64,000 nucleotides of DNA, taken from the NCBI GenBank assembly GCA_043783485.1, contig JAYVZI010000037.1, forward strand, positions 5,813 to 69,812. Direction: 5' to 3'. Each line of letters starts with the position of its first letter. The first letter of the stretch is position 1. This stretch comes from Bacteroidota bacterium. GTDB taxonomy: Bacteria > Bacteroidota > Bacteroidia > Flavobacteriales > Flavobacteriaceae. This document shows positions 50,092 through 60,648 of this stretch, one piece after another. Under the pieces are notes generated by a model. The model was given only the letters and a program-made list of their open reading frames with translations. It was not told the origin of the DNA and did not search any database. The position numbers were made by a program, and so were the translations under genes.

Positions 50092-51066
50092 TTAAACCTT
50101 TCTTCCCATTAAATTCTCTCCAAACGATCGCAAAATATCTTTCTTTTCGTTGTCAATGCTAATGTTTTGCAAAGTGTCAAATGCCTTTAAAGTAAAATCT
50201 TGAATTGCTTTTTGTGTTGCTTTTGATGCTCCAGAGGAATTGAAAAGGGCTTTTACAGACTCAATTTTATCTGAATTATCAGTCGGATGAATCGAAAATA
50301 AATGTAACAATTGTTCTTTTTCGGAAGCCGATGCAAATTCGATTGCTTTTAGGTACAAATAGGTTTTTTTATTCTCAATAATATCTCCGCCAACTTGTTT
50401 CCCAAAAGTTTCTGGATCTCCAAAACAATCTAAATAATCATCTTGCAATTGAAATGCCAAACCAAGATTTAATCCAAAATCATAAATCAAATCGGCATTT
50501 TTTGCAGAAGTTTTGGCAACAATTGCTCCCATTTTCATTGCAGCGGCGACCAAAACTGCGGTTTTGTATTCGATCATTTTCAAATATTCAGGAATCGAAA
50601 CATCGTCGCGGGTTTCAAAATCCACATCCCATTGTTGGCCTTCGCAAACTTCGAGAGCCGTTTTGCTAAACAATTTTGCCAAATCTCTAAAAACATCAGT
50701 ATTGTATTTCTCGAAATATTGATATGCCAAAATCAACATCGCATCGCCAGAAAGGATAGCTGTGTTGGTATTCCATTTTTCGTGAACCGTTTCGTTTCCT
50801 CGTCTGAGTGGCGCATCGTCCATAATATCGTCGTGAACCAATGAAAAATTATGAAAAACCTCTACTGCCAAGGCTGCTGGCAAAGCCAATTTATAATCGC
50901 CATCAAAAACCTCGGCACTCATTAATGTTAAAACTGGGCGCATGCGTTTTCCTCCCAATTTCATGATGTAATGTATTGGTTCGTAAAGATTTAGAGGTTC
51001 TTTGGTTTCGTATTGTGTGAGTAAATAATCGGAAATAAATTCTTGGTATTGGTATATTGAGTGCAT
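50092..51066 (-). CDS. Polyprenyl diphosphate synthetase
   Basis: GGKRMRP, HDDIMD...RRG, GQQWD, KTA, FQLQDDYLD, KKT. Start taken at MHSIYQ. Confidence 0.93.
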   Translation of the reverse strand: MHSIYQYQEFISDYLLTQYETKEPLNLYEPIHYIMKLGGKRMRPVLTLMSAEVFDGDYKLALPAALAVEVFHNFSLVHDDIMDDAPLRRGNETVHEKWNTNTAILSGDAMLILAYQYFEKYNTDVFRDLAKLFSKTALEVCEGQQWDVDFETRDDVSIPEYLKMIEYKTAVLVAAAMKMGAIVAKTSAKNADLIYDFGLNLGLAFQLQDDYLDCFGDPETFGKQVGGDIIENKKTYLYLKAIEFASASEKEQLLHLFSIHPTDNSDKIESVKALFNSSGASKATQKAIQDFTLKAFDTLQNISIDNEKKDILRSFGENLMGRKV

Positions 51067-51241
51067 TTTCTTGAAAAAGGTTATGAGGTTTATTAGTTTA
51101 AAAGGTTTAGCAATGAAAGTCAGAAAACCAATTATTTTCATTAACAACAAAAGTATATTTTTTTAATATTCCAACCTAAACTTCTAAACTTTTTCTAAAC
51201 CTTCTAAACTTCCTCTAATGTTAAATTTATGTAAATACTTA

Positions 51242-51281
51242 GGAAACTATTTTGGTATCTAAAGTTTCCATTATATATTTG
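51242..51281 (+). promoter_or_regulatory. TetR operator-like inverted repeat overlapping the efflux operon promoter
   Basis: GGAAACT(51242-48)-N14-AGTTTCC(51263-69) spanning TTTG (-33); TATATTTG at 51274-81. Confidence 0.55.
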
Positions 51282-51300
51282 CACAAGATTTAAAAATATT

Positions 51301-51897
51301 ATGAAAGATAAAATAATATCTAAAGCTACAGAAATGTTTATGAAACTTGGTTTCAAGAGCGTTACTATGGATGATATTGCTTGCGAAATGTGTATTTCTA
51401 AAAAAACAATATACAAATATTTTCACAACAAAGAAGTGCTTATTGAACAAGGAACCGAGATTATTCATCAAAAAATTCACATAATAATCGATGAAATTGT
51501 CGCTAAAGATTACAATGCAATTGAAGAGAATTTTGAAATTAGACGCATGTTCAAGGAAATGTTTCAAACCATAAATGATTCTCCGATTTATCAACTAAAA
51601 AAACATTATCCCGAGATTCATTCCAAAATGATTGCCAACGAACTGGAAGATTGCAACACTATGTTCAAGCAAAATATCGTGAAAGGCATTGCGCAAGAAT
51701 TATACAGAAAAGATTTAGATATAGATATTTATGCCAAATTTTATTACATGCTCATTTTTTCTATAAAAGAAAACACACAGTTGGAAACCGAAGCAAATAA
51801 GTTAGAAACCCACGTATTAGAATATCATACCAGAGCCTTGGCAACGCCCAAAGGAATTATCGAACTCGAAAAACAATTACTAAACCTCTACATATAA
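51301..51897 (+). CDS. TetR/AcrR-family regulator
   Basis: GFKSVTMDDIA....SKKTIYKYF.NKE. Confidence 0.93.
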   Translation: MKDKIISKATEMFMKLGFKSVTMDDIACEMCISKKTIYKYFHNKEVLIEQGTEIIHQKIHIIIDEIVAKDYNAIEENFEIRRMFKEMFQTINDSPIYQLKKHYPEIHSKMIANELEDCNTMFKQNIVKGIAQELYRKDLDIDIYAKFYYMLIFSIKENTQLETEANKLETHVLEYHTRALATPKGIIELEKQLLNLYI

Positions 51898-53237
51898 TGA
51901 AGAAAATTTTTTCAATACTAATTTGTGTTTTTTCGCTCACGGCAAATGCACAGCAGCCAACCAAACAAAACTTTAGTTTTTCGTTACTACAAGCCATAGA
52001 TCATGCGTTGCAAAACAATTATTCTGCAATAAATTCGGGTCGTGACATCGAAATTTCTAAACAAAAAAAATGGGAAACAACCGCAAGTGGATTACCACAA
52101 ATTAGCGGAAATGTAAACTATCAAAACAATTTGAAATTACAAAAATCCCTAATTCCAGCCGAAATTTTTGGAGGAACTCCAGGAACTTTTCAGGAAGTGG
52201 CTTTTGGAACCAAACAAAATATGGGCGCAAGTGTAACCTTGAGCCAATTGATTTTTGACGGTTCGTATATAGTTGCGCTTCAGGCATCTAAAGCGTATTT
52301 GGAGTATTTTGTAAATGCAAAAAAGAAAACCGATTCCGATATTCGCGAAATGGTTATTAATTCCTACGGAAATGTTTTATTGGCCGAGGAAAGCATAAAA
52401 ATCCTAGAAAGCAACAAAACAATTCTCGAAAAAAATTATAACGACATCAATCAGATTTTCAAAAACGGATTGGGCGAACAGGAAAGCGTAGAGCAAATTT
52501 CGATAACACTTGCAACCGTAAAAAGTAATTTGAATAATGTAAAAAGATTAAGAGAAATTTCCTTGAAAATGCTAAAATTGAATCTCGGAATGGAAATTAA
52601 TGACGATTTGGTATTGACTGACAATTTGGATAATTTATCTAAATCTAACTTGGATTTAGCAGCCCAAACATCAGAATTTAATGTCGAAAATAATATCGAT
52701 TATCAAATAGTTACCAGTTTAGTAACTCAGAAAAAACTGTTGTTAAAACTCGAAAAAAGTAAAGCATTACCAAGTTTAGGAGCAGCGTTAAATGTTGGCT
52801 CTAATGCTTTTAGTCAAGATTTCTCTTTCTTTTCGGGCAATCAAAAATGGCTTTATTATTCTAATGTTGGAGTTAGTTTGCATGTTCCAATATTTTCGAG
52901 TTTTGGTCGAAATGCAAAAACCCAACAAGCCAAAATTAGCCTAGATCAAGCCAAAACCCAACAAACCGAAGCCGAACAAAGATTGAAATTATTATACGAA
53001 AAATCTAAATCCGATTTCGAGTTTAGCATTGAGCAATACGCAACTTCTAAAAGCAATTTGAACCTTGCCGAACGCATCGAAAAAAAGCAACAAATCAAGT
53101 TTAAAGAAGGTTTATCGACCAGTTTCGAATTCAGCGAAGCCCAACGACAATTGTATGCAGCGCAACAAACGTATTTGCAATCTATGGTCGATGTAATTAA
53201 TAAAAAAGCGGCTTTAGAGAAATTAACTATAAAGTAG
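51897..53237 (+). CDS. TolC-family outer-membrane efflux protein
   Basis: Signal peptide, ALQNN, LP.I, QLIFDG, PIFS; located in an RND operon. Confidence 0.9.
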   Translation: MKKIFSILICVFSLTANAQQPTKQNFSFSLLQAIDHALQNNYSAINSGRDIEISKQKKWETTASGLPQISGNVNYQNNLKLQKSLIPAEIFGGTPGTFQEVAFGTKQNMGASVTLSQLIFDGSYIVALQASKAYLEYFVNAKKKTDSDIREMVINSYGNVLLAEESIKILESNKTILEKNYNDINQIFKNGLGEQESVEQISITLATVKSNLNNVKRLREISLKMLKLNLGMEINDDLVLTDNLDNLSKSNLDLAAQTSEFNVENNIDYQIVTSLVTQKKLLLKLEKSKALPSLGAALNVGSNAFSQDFSFFSGNQKWLYYSNVGVSLHVPIFSSFGRNAKTQQAKISLDQAKTQQTEAEQRLKLLYEKSKSDFEFSIEQYATSKSNLNLAERIEKKQQIKFKEGLSTSFEFSEAQRQLYAAQQTYLQSMVDVINKKAALEKLTIK

Positions 53238-53296
53238 GTTATTTGGTTATAAGTATATATGGTTAGCCTAAATAAATGACTTTTTAATATCATAAA

Positions 53297-53668
53297 ATGA
53301 AGATATATACATTCGAAAAATTAGTTGTTTGGCAAAAATCTATCAGTTTATCTGTTATGATTTACAAACAAACGCGTGGTTATCCTAAAGATGAATTATT
53401 TGGATTAGTCAGTCAAATGCGAAGATGCTCGGTTTCAATCTCTTCGAATATTGCAGAAGGTTCCGGAAGAAAATCGCCGAAAGACAAAGCAAGATTTACA
53501 GAAATTGCATACGGATCTGCATTAGAGTTAATTAACCAACTTTTTATTTCTAAAGAACTAGAATATCTATCAAACGAAGATTATTTTAAATCAAGAAATG
53601 AATTAGAACAAATTACTTTAATGCTCGACGCTCTTCATAAATCACAAATAAAAAACGAAAACAAATAA
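53297..53668 (+). CDS. Four-helix-bundle protein (23S rRNA IVP / bAvd-like family)
   Basis: FEKLVVWQKS, P.DE.FGL.SQMRR.SVSI.SNIAEG.GR, IAYGSA.E. Confidence 0.92.
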   Translation: MKIYTFEKLVVWQKSISLSVMIYKQTRGYPKDELFGLVSQMRRCSVSISSNIAEGSGRKSPKDKARFTEIAYGSALELINQLFISKELEYLSNEDYFKSRNELEQITLMLDALHKSQIKNENK

Positions 53669-53715
53669 TCTTAAATACTAAACTAATAAACCCATCACCC
53701 TTATAAACTAAAAAA

Positions 53716-54858
53716 ATGAAACATTTATTTATAGTATTCGCAGCAACATTATTATTTATTGGATGCGGAAAAAAAGAAGACAACTCTAATATAGATGACT
53801 TAGTTGCATCAAAAAACCTAGTAAACATAAAAGCAAAAAGAGATTTATTGCAAGCCGATTTGTCTAAACTCGACGCAGCTTTAGCAACTTTAGATGTAAA
53901 AAAAGCCGAGGAAGCATTGGTTTCGATTTTAACAGTAAAAGATACCGTTTTTAATCATTATCTTGAAGTTCAAGGAAATGTAAACACTAAGGAAAACATC
54001 CTAATTCAGCCAGAAATGCCAGGAACATTGGTTACATTAAATGTAAAAGCTGGACAAAGAGTTACAAAAGGTCAAGTTCTTGGTCGTACGGACGATGGCG
54101 GAATGAGCCAACAATTGGCATCGGTCGAAAATCAATACAATTTAGCAAAAACTACTTTCGAGCGTCAAAAAAACCTTTGGGATCAAAAAATTGGTTCGGA
54201 AATTCAGTTTCTACAAGCAAAAACACAAATGATTGGTTTGCAAAAATCGGTTTTGCAAATGAAAGCACAATTGTCTAAAACATTAATAAAAGCACCATTT
54301 ACAGGAGTTATAGACGCCGTTTTTGTAGAGCGAGGACAAGTTGTTGCACCAAGCCAACAAGGATTAATGCGTATTGTAAACCTATCTAACATGTATGTTT
54401 CTACTGAAGTTCCAGAGAGTTACATTGGTAAACTAAAAGTAGGAACGATTGTAAATGTTAGATTAGAAAGTTTAGGAAAAAACTATATTGGTCACGTTCG
54501 TCAAGTTGGAAACAACATTAATCCCGCAAACAGAAGTTTCTCTATCGAGGTCGCTGTGCCAAACCCAGAAAATTTATTGCGCCCAAACCAAGTTGCAAAA
54601 CTTCAAATTATAGATTACACCAAGAAAAATGCTATTGTAGTTCCTACAAATGTAATCTTGTCGAACGGCGACGGAACCAAGTTTGTTTTTATAGCCGATA
54701 AAGTAAACGGAAAAACTGCGGTTGCCAAAAAAGTAGTTGTAACTTTAGGTCAAGCATCGGAAAACGTAACCGAAATCCTTTCTGGACTTAATGCTGCCGA
54801 TGTAATTGTAACCGAAGGATTAAATACTTTAGAAGAAGGAACGAAGTTAAATTTCTAA
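53716..54858 (+). CDS. RND efflux periplasmic adaptor (MFP), lipoprotein
   Basis: Lipobox IG-C, V..GQ.V.KG, IKAPFTG, VPT. Confidence 0.92.
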   Translation: MKHLFIVFAATLLFIGCGKKEDNSNIDDLVASKNLVNIKAKRDLLQADLSKLDAALATLDVKKAEEALVSILTVKDTVFNHYLEVQGNVNTKENILIQPEMPGTLVTLNVKAGQRVTKGQVLGRTDDGGMSQQLASVENQYNLAKTTFERQKNLWDQKIGSEIQFLQAKTQMIGLQKSVLQMKAQLSKTLIKAPFTGVIDAVFVERGQVVAPSQQGLMRIVNLSNMYVSTEVPESYIGKLKVGTIVNVRLESLGKNYIGHVRQVGNNINPANRSFSIEVAVPNPENLLRPNQVAKLQIIDYTKKNAIVVPTNVILSNGDGTKFVFIADKVNGKTAVAKKVVVTLGQASENVTEILSGLNAADVIVTEGLNTLEEGTKLNF

Positions 54859-54939
54859 TAAAAGGTTAGAACGTTTATAAGTTTAGGAGGTTTAGGCTCA
54901 ACCAGACTTTAAACAATAAAAACTTTAAACTAAAAGCAA

Positions 54940-57900
54940 ATGGAACACAAAAATCACGAATTCAGCATATCAAGTTGGGCTGTCGATAACCGAATTACGG
55001 TTTACATCTTAACTTTAATAATCATCGTAATGGGAACAATGGCATACATAAATATGCCACGAGAGGATCTTCCAGAAATTTTAGAAAACAAAATTTATGT
55101 TTCATCTATTTTCCCAGGAAATTCATCGCAAGATGTCGAAAAACTAGTTGTAAAACCACTCGAAGATCAGTTTAAAGGAATTTCTGGAGTCGAAAAAGTA
55201 ACTTCAAGCTCATTTCAAGATTACGGAATGATAGTGGTCGAATTTGATCAAAAAGTTACGCTAGAGGAAGCAAAAATTAAAATAAAGGATAAAGTCGATC
55301 AAACAAAAGCCAAGACCGATTGGCCAAATTTAGACAACGGAAGTAAGGTAGAACCTAGTGTTTTTAACATCAATATTTCCGAGGAAGTTCCTATTTTAAA
55401 CATCAATCTGAAAGGAAATTATACCACACAACAACTCAAAAAATACGGAGAATACCTTCAAGACGAAATCGAGAATGTTCCCGAAGTAAAAAAAGTAGAT
55501 ATTCTTGGTGTCGATGATAAAGAAGTCGAAATTGCCATTGATGTTTTCAAAATGAGTGCTGCTCAAGTTAGTTTTGATGACATTCAAAACGCTGTGAAAT
55601 ACGAAAACATGACGCTATCGGGCGGAAATTTAGTATCTCAAGGATCTAGAAATAATATCCGAATTGTTGGAGAAATTTCTAATCCAGCCGAGCTCAATAA
55701 TATTGTTGTAAAATCGCACAACGGAACGGTTTATCTCAAGGATATTGCAGTTGTGAGTTTCAAAGAAAAAGAAAAAACAACTTATGCCAGAGAAAAAGGT
55801 CAGGAAGTTGTCATGCTCAATATCAAAAAACGTTCTGGTCAAAATATGATTTCGGCTTTAGATCAAGTCAAAGAAATTGTTGCAAAAGCACAAAAAAATG
55901 TCTTGCCTAAAGATCTGGATCTCAAAATGACAAATGATCAATCCGATAGAGTAGAACACCAAGTAAACGAACTTTCTAACCACATTATTTTTGGTATTGT
56001 TCTGGTAATGATTGTGTTAATGTTTACCATGGGACTCAGAAATTCGTTGTTTGTAGGAGCCGCAATTCCTCTTTCTATGTTAATGGCATTTGCAATATTA
56101 TCGGCATTTGGATTTACATTAAACACAATGGTTTTATTTGGATTAGTAATGGGATTAGGACTTCTTGTCGATGACGGAATTGTTGTCGTCGATAACGTTT
56201 TTGCCAATATGCGAAAAGGAATGGACAGAGTTCAAGCCTCAAAAATTGGTATTGGAGAAATCGCTTGGCCTGTAATTTCATCAACAGCAACAACCTTGGC
56301 AGCTTTTATTCCGTTGGCATTATGGCCAGGAACGGTTGGTAAATTCATGGTTTATTTTCCAATAACTTTATCATGTGTTCTTGGAGCATCGTTGTTTGTA
56401 GCAATGGTTATCAACGCAGCAATGACGGGTGGTTTTATGGATATTGAGGACAGAAATATATCTAAATCAGCCTTAAAAAAATATACAATAATATTCATAG
56501 CATCTGGATTATTATTTGCCGTTCCGGGTTATATTTCCAATACAGTTTGGATGCGAGCTATTGGGCATTTATTATTAATTTCGTTAGGATTTATGTGGGC
56601 TTATCATTTATTTTTGTTCAAAGCAACACAAGATTTTCAACATAGTTTTTTCCCGAGATTAGAAGCCAAATATCAAGTATTTTTGGGTAAAATCCTTAAC
56701 GGAAAACGTGCCGTAATTGCATTGGTATCAATCATAGGGTTATTATTTTTCTCGGTAGCATTATTGTTTGTTTTTCCTAGACAAACGTTTTTCTTCCCAA
56801 ACAATATCCCAAAACAAAACATTGTTTATATCGAATATCCACAAGGAACCGATATTGCAAAAACCAACACCGCTACTTTATTTGTAGAGAAACAGGTAAT
56901 CGACATCATGAAAAAATATGTTGATCCTGCTACAAAAGAAAATTTCCTAGCAGAGAGCATAGTTGCGCAAGTAGGAACGGGTGCCGGAAACCCAAATGTA
57001 GATGCCGGAAACCAATCCGAAACGCCGTATAAAGGGAAAGTTACCGTAAATTTTTCGGAGTTTAAGTTCCGTCGCGGAGTAAATACAAACGATGTTTTAG
57101 GAGAAATTCGTAGTAAAGTAAAAAATATTGCTGGAGCAAAAATCACTGTCGAAAAAGATGCTGCCGGACCGCCATCTGGTTATCCAGTAAGTTTGCAATT
57201 GTCGGGATCAGATTATGATCAGATGCTCTTAGAAGCCGATAAAGTAATAGCATTTATTAATTCGAAAAATATTTCGGGTATTGAGAAATTAAATATTGAT
57301 GTTAATAAAGAATCACCAGAACTAGAAGTAAAAATAGATAGAGTTGGAGCAGGAAGTTTAGGAGCAACAACGGGACAAGTAGGTTTTACAATGCGTAGAG
57401 CAATTTATGGTCAGGAAATTTCTAAGTATAAAGAAGGAAAAGACGATTATAATATTGTAATGCGTTTGCAGGAAGACCAGCGCAAAAACGAAAGTGTATT
57501 GTTTAACCAGCCCGTAACTTTCCGAAACCAGAACAACGGACAAATCATGCAAGTTCCTATTTCGGCATTGGCAAAAACCGAAAAAACATATACTTTTAAT
57601 CAAATAAAACGCAAGCAATCTAAACGGGTAATGACTATTTACTCTAATGTTTTAGAGGGTTACACGGGCGATGGGATTACAAATAATATAAAATCGGCTT
57701 TAGAAAACGCCAATTATAAAATGGCTGGCGATATTACTTATGATTTTTCGGGCGAGCAAGAACAACAAAAAAAGGATTCGAGTTTCCTATTCGGAGCTTT
57801 GCTTTTGGAATTAGCAAGTATTACAATAATTATTGTTTTACAATTTAATTCGATCTCAAAAACTTTAGTAATTATGTTTACGGTTTTGCTAAGTTTTTCA

Positions 57901-58413
57901 GGAGTTTTCTTTGGATATGTTTTTGCAGGAATGGATTTTGTAATCCTTATGACCATGATGGGAATTATTGCGCTGTCAGGAATCGTTGTAAAAAACGGAA
58001 TTGTATTAATGGATTTCTTCGTGTTATTATTAGACGAAAAAGTTCGAGTAAACAAACAAAATTCTCATGACGATTTAACGATTCTTGAGATAAAAGAAGT
58101 AATCATCAAATCAGGAAAATCGCGTTTGCGACCCGTTTTATTAACTGCACTTACAGCAATTTTAGGATTAATTCCTTTGGCAATTGGTCTAAATTTCGAT
58201 TTCTTTGGATTAATAACCGATTTGAATCCACATCTTTACATTGGTGGAGATAATGTAATATTCTGGTCACCATTGGCTTGGACTATTATTTTCGGGTTGA
58301 GTTACGCCACGATTTTAACTTTGGTTATGGTTCCTGTAATGTTTTATTTGGTTAAACGAATGAAATATTGGCTGCGTGATCGTAGTGCCAAAAAACAGGT
58401 TGTTGGTTTATAA
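54940..58413 (+). CDS. RND efflux permease
   Basis: GLLVDDGIVV, GIVVKNGIVL, RLRPVLLT, multiple TM segments. Confidence 0.94.
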   Translation: MEHKNHEFSISSWAVDNRITVYILTLIIIVMGTMAYINMPREDLPEILENKIYVSSIFPGNSSQDVEKLVVKPLEDQFKGISGVEKVTSSSFQDYGMIVVEFDQKVTLEEAKIKIKDKVDQTKAKTDWPNLDNGSKVEPSVFNINISEEVPILNINLKGNYTTQQLKKYGEYLQDEIENVPEVKKVDILGVDDKEVEIAIDVFKMSAAQVSFDDIQNAVKYENMTLSGGNLVSQGSRNNIRIVGEISNPAELNNIVVKSHNGTVYLKDIAVVSFKEKEKTTYAREKGQEVVMLNIKKRSGQNMISALDQVKEIVAKAQKNVLPKDLDLKMTNDQSDRVEHQVNELSNHIIFGIVLVMIVLMFTMGLRNSLFVGAAIPLSMLMAFAILSAFGFTLNTMVLFGLVMGLGLLVDDGIVVVDNVFANMRKGMDRVQASKIGIGEIAWPVISSTATTLAAFIPLALWPGTVGKFMVYFPITLSCVLGASLFVAMVINAAMTGGFMDIEDRNISKSALKKYTIIFIASGLLFAVPGYISNTVWMRAIGHLLLISLGFMWAYHLFLFKATQDFQHSFFPRLEAKYQVFLGKILNGKRAVIALVSIIGLLFFSVALLFVFPRQTFFFPNNIPKQNIVYIEYPQGTDIAKTNTATLFVEKQVIDIMKKYVDPATKENFLAESIVAQVGTGAGNPNVDAGNQSETPYKGKVTVNFSEFKFRRGVNTNDVLGEIRSKVKNIAGAKITVEKDAAGPPSGYPVSLQLSGSDYDQMLLEADKVIAFINSKNISGIEKLNIDVNKESPELEVKIDRVGAGSLGATTGQVGFTMRRAIYGQEISKYKEGKDDYNIVMRLQEDQRKNESVLFNQPVTFRNQNNGQIMQVPISALAKTEKTYTFNQIKRKQSKRVMTIYSNVLEGYTGDGITNNIKSALENANYKMAGDITYDFSGEQEQQKKDSSFLFGALLLELASITIIIVLQFNSISKTLVIMFTVLLSFSGVFFGYVFAGMDFVILMTMMGIIALSGIVVKNGIVLMDFFVLLLDEKVRVNKQNSHDDLTILEIKEVIIKSGKSRLRPVLLTALTAILGLIPLAIGLNFDFFGLITDLNPHLYIGGDNVIFWSPLAWTIIFGLSYATILTLVMVPVMFYLVKRMKYWLRDRSAKKQVVGL

Positions 58414-58436
58414 CATTCGGTTATCTAAGCATTTAG

Positions 58437-58466
58437 AAGCGGTTTTTTAATTAAAACCGCTTTTTT
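58437..58466 (+). terminator. Intrinsic terminator of efflux operon
   Basis: AAGCGGTTTT-TTAATT-AAAACCGCTTTTTT. Confidence 0.75.
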
Positions 58467-58554
58467 ATTTTTATAATTCAAATATTATAACTATTTTGGT
58501 TTAAAATTAAAATGTCCTAGATTTTTATTTAAAAATACTTTAACCTAAGCGAAC

Positions 58555-60639
58555 TTGAATACAAGCTACCTCAAAAAAAAGTGGAAAGCCACGCTAAATA
58601 TTGGCCGTCTAAAAGAGCAACATTATTTAGAAGTTCAACGTAATGCATTAATGAATGCAATGGCTATTTTGTCAATATCCATAGGCGTTATTGTTACTGT
58701 AATTTATACTATTTTGGGCTTTAACCATTCCTATAATACATTGCTAATGCTGCCAATAGGCTTAAGCATTTTGTGGTTTAATAAACAAAATAAATACAAA
58801 CTTGCTCGAAACATAGCTTTTTTCGGATGTTTATTTGCCATTACATTTTGGGCAATTTCTATAAGGAGATCAGGAACGGAACTTTTGTACATAACATTAG
58901 CTTGCAGTTGCGCATCAATATACAAACAAAGAAAAATAATTATTTATTCAATGATTATTTGTTCTGTATTTTTTTTCGTTTATAAATTTTATGACTTCAC
59001 AACCCCTTTTGTCCCTGATCCTACGATAAATTATTTGCTTATAAATATGATTTTGGCCTATTCAACAGCAGGACTTATTTTTTTCCAGATTATGTTGTAT
59101 GTAGATCTTACTTTAAATTTTTCTAAATCAATAGATAAAAGATACGAAGAATTAAATGCGGCTTTCGATAAACAAAAAGATACCGAAATCGAATTGCAAA
59201 AATCGAATTACGAATTAGTTACCTTTAATACAAAACTAGACACATTAGTAAAAGAGGCAAATGAGGAAATAAACTCCTATCAATCTGCCATAAATGATAA
59301 TCTTTACTCGGTAGTTACAGATAGTAACGGGCTAATTTTAAAAATTAATGACATCTACCTTTATAAAACGGGTTATAAAAAAGAGGAAATTTTAGGGCAA
59401 AACATAAACATTCTAAAATCGGATTACCACAGCGATAATTTTTACGAAAACATAGACAAAACCCTCTCTTCCGGAAATGTTTGGAGAGGCGAATCTAAAA
59501 TAAAAACCAAAAGCGGAAACTCCTTTTGGATTGTATCATCAATATTACCAGTTTTAAATCCAGACGGAAGCATAACAAAATATTTAACCGTTTCTGCCGA
59601 CATAACCGATAAAAAACTTGCCGAGGAAAAAGAAAGATCCGCAATAGATAAACTAATAAAAAACGAAAATAGATTGCAGTTTTTGCTCGAAAACCAATTA
59701 GATCTTATTGTAATTACCGATAAAACCGGAACTAGAAAATACGTAAACCAATCGTTTTGTAATTTTTTCGGAAAGGAAAAAAATTACTATATAGGAACCA
59801 ATTACAAAACGCTAGATCCAGAAAACGTAATCGAATCCTACGTAAAAACCTTCGAAAGCTTGTCTTATAATAACCCAAAAATCACAACTCTAGATGTTTT
59901 AGATAACATAAACGGCGAAACTAAATGGATCGAGTGGAACGAAGTCGCTTTTTTTGATTCCGAAAAAAATATTACCGAAATACTATCTATTGGTCACGAT
60001 GTTTCGGAACTTAAACAAATGGAATTTCAAAACGCCAATTATATTGCACAGTTCGAGGAAATGGCTTTCAAGAATTCGCATAAATTTCGCGGGCCACTTA
60101 GTAATATTATAGGAATCACAAATCTTTTCGATGACAACAGTCTTAAGGATGATGAAATTAAAGAATTTGCCAATCTCATAAAAATTTCGGCCGATAATCT
60201 CGATGCAGCCTCTCAGGAAATGTCATTGTTTATTAATATGTATCATTCCGATAAAAATCATCAAAAAGACAAACCAAATATCGATGTCGATTTTGATGAT
60301 GCAAGATCCAAACATTTAAATTGGAAATACAAAATCCGAAATTTCCTAGACGGAACAGGAAGTTTAACAAGTAAACAAGCCATTTCGCACATTAATTGCG
60401 ATACTGGAAAATGGTATTATAGCCAAGGAAAAGTAAAATATGGCCATATAGAATCCATGCAAAAATTTGAATTAGAGCACAAAAAAATACACAATCAAGT
60501 TATCGAGATATTAAATCTAAAATCTATCGACGAAAATGATTTAGCCGAAAACAAGTACAAAGAACTACTCCAAACCTCAGATAAAATCATATTATTACTT
60601 GATGAAGCAGAGGCAATTGTAAAAAAATCGATATCGTAA
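58555..60639 (+). CDS. Membrane sensor: multi-TM, PAS-PAS, HisKA-like helix and C-terminal CZB domain
   Basis: PAS motifs (GY..EEILG, W.GE...K.G..FW; Y.N..FC..FG); H-box-like SHKFRGPLSNI; CZB HLNWK..H.NC..GKW..EH..IH. Confidence 0.75.
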   Translation: MNTSYLKKKWKATLNIGRLKEQHYLEVQRNALMNAMAILSISIGVIVTVIYTILGFNHSYNTLLMLPIGLSILWFNKQNKYKLARNIAFFGCLFAITFWAISIRRSGTELLYITLACSCASIYKQRKIIIYSMIICSVFFFVYKFYDFTTPFVPDPTINYLLINMILAYSTAGLIFFQIMLYVDLTLNFSKSIDKRYEELNAAFDKQKDTEIELQKSNYELVTFNTKLDTLVKEANEEINSYQSAINDNLYSVVTDSNGLILKINDIYLYKTGYKKEEILGQNINILKSDYHSDNFYENIDKTLSSGNVWRGESKIKTKSGNSFWIVSSILPVLNPDGSITKYLTVSADITDKKLAEEKERSAIDKLIKNENRLQFLLENQLDLIVITDKTGTRKYVNQSFCNFFGKEKNYYIGTNYKTLDPENVIESYVKTFESLSYNNPKITTLDVLDNINGETKWIEWNEVAFFDSEKNITEILSIGHDVSELKQMEFQNANYIAQFEEMAFKNSHKFRGPLSNIIGITNLFDDNSLKDDEIKEFANLIKISADNLDAASQEMSLFINMYHSDKNHQKDKPNIDVDFDDARSKHLNWKYKIRNFLDGTGSLTSKQAISHINCDTGKWYYSQGKVKYGHIESMQKFELEHKKIHNQVIEILNLKSIDENDLAENKYKELLQTSDKIILLLDEAEAIVKKSIS

Positions 60640-60648
60640 AATTAGTCC

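Noticed and set aside
53297-53668. Avd-like gene as evidence of a diversity-generating retroelement
   Set aside because: No reverse transcriptase and no TR/VR pair; the 116-bp repeat differs by synonymous, not adenine-specific, changes.
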